Origin: Octopus vulgaris | Lineage: Eukaryota | Assembly: GCA_951406725.2 (NCBI GenBank) | Contig: OX597816.1 | Coordinates: 14,880,001-14,944,000, forward strand | DNA length: 64,000 nucleotides | Direction of reading: 5' to 3' | Shown: piece after piece, positions 55,956-64,000 of the stretch | How positions within the stretch are numbered: position 1 is the stretch's first letter | Layout of the letters: each line of letters starts with the position of its first letter | Program-made: the position numbers and the translations under genes | The notes under the pieces: generated by a model | Database searches by the model: none | Told to the model about the DNA's origin: nothing | The model's input: the letters and a program-made list of their open reading frames with translations, nothing else

Positions 55956-58140
55956 ATAATCTTAATTAAGGAAAGGACACAATGGAAAATGGAAATCTTT
56001 GAGGAATCCTTAACCCTTTTGATTCCAACCCATCTGAGACTACCCCTGGTTCTATTCTATAAATTTCCCAAGCATGGCTGCCGTGATATAAGTTTCCCAA
56101 ACCATGTGATTGCAAAGATCACTTTGTAACGACATGATTTTAGGTTCAGTCTCACTGCAAAGTACCTACAGTAGAAGACACTTACCCAAGGTGCCACACA
56201 GTGGGACTGAACCCAGAACCATGTAGTTCATAAGCAAGCTACTTACCACACAGCCACTCCTATGCCTATCTCTTTCTCTTTTCTCTTTACATGTTTCAGT
56301 CATTTGACTGCGGCCATGCTGGAGAACTGCCTTTAGTCGAGCAAATTGACCCTGGGATTTATTCTTTGTAAGCCCAGTACTTATTCTATCGGTCTGTTTT
56401 GCCGAACTGCTAAGTGACGGGGACGTAAACACACCAGCATCGGTTGTCAAGTAATGCTAGGGGGACAAACACATACATACATATACATATATATATATAC
56501 ATATATACGATGAGCTTCTTTCAGTTTCCGTCTACCAAATCCACTCACAAGGTATTGGTCAGCCCGGGGCTATAGCAGAAGACACTTGTCCATGATGCCA
56601 CGCAGTGGGACTGAATCCGGAACCATGTAGTTCGTAAGCAAACTACTTACCACACAGCCACTCCTACGCCTATCTTAACATCTGTGCCATAAATCTTACT
56701 GAACTGCTTTGTTTATTGCTAACATATGTGTGACAACCTAAATACTGTAATAAAAAGAAAGAACACAGATGACTGAGTTGATAAAATAGCAACAGGCTTG
56801 TTTTTCTATTATTTGTCCTCGATGTTGAGTTTTGTTGAGGGCCAAAACCTTTCGCTCTGAATGGTTAAGTGTACTTAGCTGACAGTTATGATTGTTGCGT
56901 TTGTTACAGTTTAGTTCCAATTCAGACGCTGTCAGATAGAACCATGATGAATAAGCATTCCAGCCATGACCACCCTACCTTGGTCTTCAGTTACAGTAGT
57001 TTAGAACAAACAGCATTATCCAACGTGCACCTGTTTGCTTTGCTTTTTTTGGGGGGGGGGGACTGTTTGTTTCTTGTTTCTTTTTAATCCTTCAGCATTT
57101 AAAGCCGCTATATCCGGCCGAAATACTCGTTTTATTGTCCAAGCTGGCATGATCAAGCCTTTCACACCTACCCTACAATGTCATTATAAACATAAACAGC
57201 CATACCATCAAAACCTCGAAGCTATGAGATGGTCCATGATTCATCATCATCATCATTTAACGTGTGCTTTCCATGCTAGCATGGGTTGGACAATTTGACT
57301 GAGGGCTGGTGAACCAGATGGCTGTGCCAGGCTCCAATCTGATCTGGCAGAGTTTCTATAGCTGGATGCTCTTCATAACGCCAACCACTCCGAGAGTGTA
57401 GAGGGTGCTTTTACATGCCACTGGCATGAAGGCCAGTCTGGCGGTACTGGTAATGGCCACGCTCGAAATGGGGTTTTTTTACGTGCCACTTGCAAAAGAG
57501 TCAGTCCAGAAGCACTGGCAACGACCTTGCTCGAATGTTTTGTTCACGTGCCACCGGCACAAGTGCCAGTAAGGCGACACTGGTAAGGTAAGGCAACCAA
57601 GATAATGTGAATAAATATACATTACATTTGACAGAGCAAACTGAATGCTGACAGTTGAAAAATGTGAGGGAATGATTTGAAGGAGATTTAGCTATTCTTA
57701 GCAGGACACAGTTCAATACTGTAGACAATAATAGTGTTATGGTATTCATCATCATCATTCCTTGGAGATTACTATCTCAAGTCATATGACTAACAGGACT
57801 AGTTACCAGATTTCTATGGTGCATAATCAACTGAGATCACAACTGCATCCTGAATGGGACACAAGTTTATTACAGGGTTACCCATTTACAGCTGGGGGTG
57901 GGCTGGAGAAATGTGAAATTAAGTGTTTTACTAAATACACTACACCAGCTGGTCAGGAATTGAAACCATGATCATCATAGTCATCATTTAATGTTTGTTT
58001 TCCATGCTGGCATGGCTTGACAGGAGGTGGTAAAGCCAAAGGCCACACCAGGTTCATAATCCGTTTTGGCTTCATTTCTATGGTTGGATGCCCTTCGTAA
58101 TGCCAACCACATTACAGAGTGTACTAGGTGTCTTTTACTT

Positions 58141-59518
58141 GGTGCTTTTTACATGGCACCAGCTCCAGTGCTTTTTACATGGCACCAGCTTCACTGCTTT
58201 TTACATGGCACCAGCTTCACTGCTTTTTACATGGCACCAGCTTCACTGCTTTTTACATGGCACCAGCTCCAGTGCTTTTTACATGGCACCAGCTTCACTG
58301 CTTTTTACATGGCACCAGCTTCACTGCTTTTTACATGGCACCAGCTTCACTGCTTTTTACATGGCACCAGCTTCACTGCTTTTTACATGGCACCAGCTCC
58401 AGTGCTTTTTACATGGCACCAGCCCCACTGCTTTTTACATGGCACCAGCACCAGTGCTTTTTACATGGCACCAGCACCAGTGCTTTTTACATGGCACCAG
58501 CCCCAGTGCATTTTACATGGCACCAGCCCCAGTGCATTTTACATAGCACCAGTGCCAGTGCATTTTACATGTCACCAGCCCCAGTGCATTTTACATAGCA
58601 CCAGCGCCAGTGTTTTTACATGGCACCAGCACCAGTGCATTTTACATGGCACCAGCACCAGTGCATTTTACATGCCACCAGCACCAGTGCTTTTTACATG
58701 GCACCAGCACCAGTGCTTTTTACATGGCACCATCACCAGTGCTTTTTACATGGCACCAGCACCAGTGCTTTTTACATGGCACCACCTTAACTGCTTTTTA
58801 CATGGCACCAGCTCCACAGCTTTTTACATGGCACCAGCACCAGTGCTTTTTACATGGCACCAGCCCCAGTGCTTTTTACATGGCACCAGCACCAGTGCTT
58901 TTTACATGGCACCAGCACCAGTGCTTTTTACATGGCACCAGCACCAGTGCTTTTTACATGGCACCATCACCAGTGCTTTTTACATGGCACCAGCACCAGT
59001 GCTTTTTACATGGCACCAGCACCAGTGCTTTTTACATGGCACCAGCACCACTGCTTTTTACATGGCACCAGCACCAGTGCTTTTTACATGGCACCAGCAC
59101 CAGTGCTTTTTATATGGCACCATCACCAGTGCTTTTTACACGGCACCATCACCAGTGCTTTTTACATGGCACCAGCGCCAGTGTTTTTACATGGCACCAG
59201 CACCAGTGCATTTTACATGGCACCAGCACCAGTGCATTTTACATGGCACCAGCACCAGTGCTTTCTACATGGCACCAGTGCTTTTTACATGGAACCAACG
59301 CTTTTTACATGGCACCAGTGCCAGTGCTTTTTACATGGCACCAGCGCTTTTTAAATGGCACCAGTGCAAATGCATTTTACATAGCTCCAGCGCTTTTCCC
59401 ATGGCACCAGCACCAGTGCTTTTTATGTGGCACCAACACCAGTGCTTTTTACATGGCACCAACACCAGTGCTTTTCCCATGGCACCAGCACCAGTGCTTT
59501 TTATGTGGCACCAGCACG
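58141..59518. repeat. ~26-bp minisatellite (~50 copies) expanded inside a SINE-C
   Basis: Unit gtgctttttacatggcaccagcacca, preceded by SINE-C body 57975-58135. Confidence 0.95.
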
Positions 59519-60121
59519 GTAAGAGCAATGCCCTAACTACTAGGCTACATGCCTTCACAAGCTCAATACTTGACAGCCCCAGCGTTATAGCATTCATGAT
59601 TCCTGTTTTAGCTCACAATATCAGGTTCAATTTCTCATGAGGAATGCTAAATGCAAAACATCGGTAACTTATACAGGGGAGACTTATCTCACATCTGCTT
59701 AATACTACAGATTAGCACCAGGAATCCATGGATTAGTGCCAGGCTTATTGATCTCTGTGCTTCTGCGAAGCACCAACTTAGTCTAAGCGTCTAATCAAAG
59801 AAACCACACGAACCTTATCAGCAACCATACACAAACATAGATTGAAAGTAATTTACCAGTAAAGAGTTAAGGTACTGAAAAAGATTAGAAGGAAATATTA
59901 TTTGTATTTTATGATTAAGCATATACATTTTTTCCACTTTAGTGAGTGCAAAAATGCAATAATGTTAATAGAAATTACTCAGGTGTACTAGATAAACTGG
60001 AGTAACGAATAGCATGAGCTGTCTTGGATATCTCTCACTGGGTTGAATAGATAAATTCCAGTTACTTGACATAATTAGTGCTTGAAGGGAAGCCAGTAAT
60101 AGCATTAATAGCTAACGTGTG

Positions 60122-60520
60122 AGGCTGGTTGAAAAGAACTTAAGACAAACTGCTATGTGTATAAGCTATAAAGATGTACTCTTTCTAGAATATGAAAGGT
60201 GGGTTTCATGGGGTAAGTTCTGGATCTTGAAATACACTGCCTTTTTTTTTGGAAATTAATCTTTAAAATAATATAAAATTTAGTGAAATAATTTTGTTGC
60301 TATAGAGCCAGTGTTTGAAAAGAAGGTTGGTTGAAAAGAACTTTAGACAAACTGCTATCTGTATAAGAAATAAACATGTACTCTTTCTAGTATATGAAAA
60401 GTGGGTTTCATGAGGTATGTTCTAAATCTTGAAATACACTAGATTTTTTTTAAAATTAATCTTTAAAATAATATAAAATTTAGTGAAATAATTTTGTTGC
60501 TATTGAGTCAGTGTTTGAAA
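60122..60520. repeat. ~200-bp tandem duplication
   Basis: tggttgaaaagaactt...gtgtttgaaa occurs twice. Confidence 0.85.
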
Positions 60521-61211
60521 CCACAAACTAACATGAAATTTTGATGGGAAGTTTTACTTCAAATCAGGTGGGGCTAAGATGTGTGCTTCTCAACCACATG
60601 GTTCCGGGTTCAGTTCCACTGCTTGGCACCTTGGACAAGTTTTTCTGCTATAGCTTCAGCCTTGTCAGTGAATGTGGTAGACAGAAACTACATGGAAGGC
60701 CCATCACATATGTGAATGCACGTGTGTGTGTGTATTGGTTTGTTTATTGCTGATGTGTTAGCAGTTCAGCAATACGGACCAATAGAATATGTACAAGACT
60801 TATCATCATCATCGTTTAACATCCGCTTTCCATGCTGGCATGGATTGGACAGGTTGACCGAGGACCCTCAAGCCAGACAGCTGCACTAGGTTCCAATCTG
60901 ATCCAGCAAGAGAGTAGTGGGTGATTTTTACATGCCACCAGCACGGGGGCCAGTCAGGTGGCACTGGCATCAACCACGCTGGAATTTCCGATGCAAGTGC
61001 TGCCTGACTGGCCCTTGTGCCAGTGGCATGTAAAAAGCACCCACTACTCTCAGAGTGAAAGCACAAATCTTGGGGTTTATCCATTACACTAAAACTCCTT
61101 CAACATGATGCTCCACCAGAGTCACAGTCTAGTGACTGACACACAAAAAAAGATAACAGACAAGAAAAGGACCTTATTAGGCGGAATATTAACTGTTTTG
61201 TTACCATATAG

Positions 61212-61635
61212 GCATTGGAGTGGCTGTGTGGTAAGCAGCTTGCTTACAAACCACATGGTTCCGGGTTCAGTCCCACTGCGTGGCACCTTGGGCAAGTGTC
61301 TTCTACTATAGCCTCAGGCCGACCAAAACCTTGTGAGTGGATTTGGTAGACAGAAACTGAAAGAAGCTCATCGTATATATGTATATATACATATATATGT
61401 ATGTGTGTGTGTATATGTTTGTGTCTGTGTTTGTCCCCCCAACATCGCTTGACAACCGATGCTGGTGTGTTTACGTCCCCATAACTTAGCAGTTTGGCAA
61501 AAGAGACCGATAGAATAAGTACTAGGCTTACAAAGAATAAGTCCCGGGGTCGATTTGCTCGACTAAAGGCGGTGCTCCAGCATGGCAACAGTCAAATGAC
61601 TGAAACAAGTAAAAGAGTAAAGAGTAAAAGAGAGA
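61212..61635 (+). mobile_element. SINE-A
   Basis: Matches copy at 21129. Confidence 0.9.
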
Positions 61636-61875
61636 GAGATTTCTACTGAAATACAGTTTTTGTTTCAGTTAATTTTGAAGAAGAATTAATCAAATAAAAT
61701 TGGCTTCAAATTTTGGCACAAAGCCAGCAAGTTGAGGGGTGGGGGTAAAGTCAAATGCATTGACCCCAGTGATTAACTGGTAATTAATCAAATAAAATTG
61801 ACATTTAGCATTGTCGAGAAAGAACATAAATCAACGTGAAAGGCTGATTGTAAATGGTATCTTAGATCATTTTAA

Positions 61876-62108
61876 CCCTTTCGTTACTATATTTCTGACC
61901 AAAATACACTCCTTATGTGTTTCAATTAATTTCTAACATAATCATAAATTTAGTCTGGTTTCATTAAACAACTATAACTTTTTTATTTATCAATATATTA
62001 ATGTGATCTTTGGAAGATAATTTAATGAAATGTTCTCAACCAATTCTATACTCAAAAAGTCTGTACACTAAACCAGAAGTAGTTTCAGGTGGGTTGATAT
62101 CAAAAGGG
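61876..62108. mobile_element. piggyBac-type MITE
   Basis: TTAA-CCCTTTCGTTAC...AAAAGGG-TT(TT)AA. Confidence 0.7.
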
Positions 62109-62844
62109 TTTTAACCATTGTTTTCAGATGGTTCCAGTTTCAGTCCCACTGTGTGGAACCTTGGGCAAGTGTCTTTTACTAAAGCTTCAGGCTGACCAAA
62201 GCCTTGTGAGTGGATTTGGTAGATGGAAACTGAAAGAAGCCTGTTGTATACACATAAGTGTGTATTTGTCTCCCACAACCACTTGATAACTAGTGTTGAC
62301 ATGTTTATGTCCCCGTAACTTAGTGGTTCAGCAAAAGAGACCAATAAAATAAGTACCATGCTATATATAATAGAATAAGTACTGGGGTTGATTCGTTCGA
62401 ATAAAATCTTTCAAGATGGAGCCCCAGCATGGCCACAGTCTAGTGACTGAAACAAGTAAAAGAGTAAAAGAATATTATTATGAATTTTTCCAACCGAACC
62501 AGAAGACCCTATTTTCAGTTGCACAATAGTGAAAATATTCTTTTCTACTCTAGGCACAAGGCCCGAAATTTTGGGGGAGGGGTGGGGGCAGTCAATTAGA
62601 TCGACTCCAGTACGCAATTGGTACCTAATTTACTGACCCCGAAAGGATGAAAGGCAAAGTCAACCTTGGTGGAATTTGAACTCAGAACGTAAAGACAGAC
62701 GAAATACCACTAAGCATTTCACCCAGCATGCTAACGTTTCTGCCAGCTCTCTGCCTTACAATAGCGAAAATATTGATAAAAATTACTTCCAGAGACACAT
62801 AGTCATTGATTATCAGGAACACACTGTGGTTGATTGTATATATA

Positions 62845-63062
62845 TATATATAACTAATATAGAGACAAACCACCATTCCACAACTCAGTCAATGAAGAAC
62901 CCATCCGAAACCATGCTGTAAGGCATATACCATACAAAATACTTATCTAAAATAATTTTAGATTAGTATTTTGTATGGTATATGTCTTACAGCATGGTTT
63001 TGGACTGGTTCTTTGTTGACTGAGTTGTAAAATGATGGTTCGTCTCTATATTAGTTATATAC
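62845..63062. mobile_element. Palindromic element, ~100-bp arms, degenerate hammerhead-like motif
   Basis: tataactaatatagagac...catacaaaatact is mirrored; cagtcaatgaagaacccatccgaaaccatgctg; adjacent to (TA)n. Confidence 0.6.
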
Positions 63063-63063
63063 A

Positions 63064-63573
63064 TCTATATATATAAAACTCTAGTTGTGTGAGTGTCTGT
63101 CCCCTTCGATTTAGATTCCTAACTCCTCCCACATTTTGCGGTGCAGTTTAACCAAATTCGGGTATCTTATAGTCGTGATTCATATCGAGCCCGTCTGGCT
63201 ATTAGCGCACGTCTACGATGAGTCTACGATTTTAAAAATAATTTAACATCATTTTTTATTCCATTTTAATGCATAATCTTTCGTTTATCAATGGCGGCGG
63301 AGTTGCCGTCCACGCTCACAGCTGCACCTGTTTGCTTCTCCCCCTTCCCTCCCTCGTGAAGCTGTGGGGAAGGGAGTGTAAAGAAATCAACGTCGTAATG
63401 CGTTGTCAAGGAGACCAGCGTTCTTTTAGAACAACGACTTCATGGCTTGAAGACACCAAAACAGAAATGGGTAAGAAAGCCCGAATTGGCATCTATAAGG
63501 GAAGTAACTCTCTAAAAATGCTTATATAGTTATTTCCCTTACAAACCCGAGCAACGCCGGGCGATACTGCTAG
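63064..63573 (+). mobile_element. Non-autonomous Helitron
   Basis: A|TC start, subterminal hairpin cccgagcaacgccggg, CTAG|T end, no TSD. Confidence 0.85.
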
Positions 63574-63668
63574 TATATTATATATTACAAAATTCAGTCT
63601 AATATTATACTGAATTTTACCTGTAAGGTTGGAATAATAATTTATTCCCAAATATTTTATATATATAT

Positions 63669-64000
63669 AGTGACGTATATTTGCCATTTGAATATGGCTA
63701 ACCCCTAAGGGTGGATGCTACTGTAGTTTGTAGCCCCAGGAAGACACCTCCTCCAGCTGGCTGGGGTTAGCCATATTCAAATGGCAAATATACGTCACGA
63801 TGTGTTACCGCTACTGTTTATAACTCGCTCTGAGATTTATCATTGTTTGATTTCACTTTTTCAATATCAGTGTCAATCGATACTGGAAAAAGTATATGTA
63901 TTTGTGAGGGAAACTGACTTCTCGTCGACAACTATGATCGTCACATGCCGATGATAGGTCAATACCTTGAAACTCGAGTCTGTGTGTATCATAAGTTGAA
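63669..64000 (+). mobile_element. Penelope-like terminal region with inverted repeat, running off the window
   Basis: gtgacgtatatttgccatttgaatatggctaacccc is mirrored at ~63764-63799; follows (TA)n; hammerhead motif downstream. Confidence 0.65.
63942..63986 (+). ncRNA. Minimal hammerhead ribozyme motif (CCGAUGA core variant)
   Basis: CACATG-CCGATGA-t-AGGT caat ACCT-t-GAAA-CTCGAG-TC-TGTGTG; palindromic stem III and GUC cleavage triplet. Confidence 0.7.

Noticed and set aside
58066-59640. 524-aa ORF and overlapping ORFs
   Set aside because: Product of a stop-free 26-bp minisatellite; the same peptides appear in all three frames.

Overview
AT-rich, repeat-saturated eukaryotic DNA. The SINE, microsatellite and LINE inventory strongly suggests an octopus (coleoid cephalopod) genome; this is an inference. 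The window lies inside a large minus-strand gene for a GAF-domain cyclic-nucleotide phosphodiesterase (PDE11/PDE5-like). Three phase-0 exons (38418-38257, 13124-13035, 4199-4062) splice in frame and encode the end of GAF-A, the linker helix and the start of GAF-B. The rest is intron, filled with at least four SINE families, R4/Dong- and CRE-like LINE relics, mariner and maT relics, piggyBac-type MITEs, a non-autonomous Helitron, SINE-derived minisatellites and long microsatellites. Nearly all listed ORFs are repeat artefacts. The most interesting signal is a set of about 8 short, mutually unrelated, asymmetric palindromic elements, mostly sitting in (TA)n tracts. Most carry a minimal hammerhead-ribozyme-like motif of the Penelope-like pLTR type, with both canonical and recurrent variant cores (UUGAAAA, CCGAUGA). 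Second is a SINE that repeatedly forms precise head-less concatemers through one AAATAG|GTATTT junction. Repeat coordinates are approximate and were read by eye.
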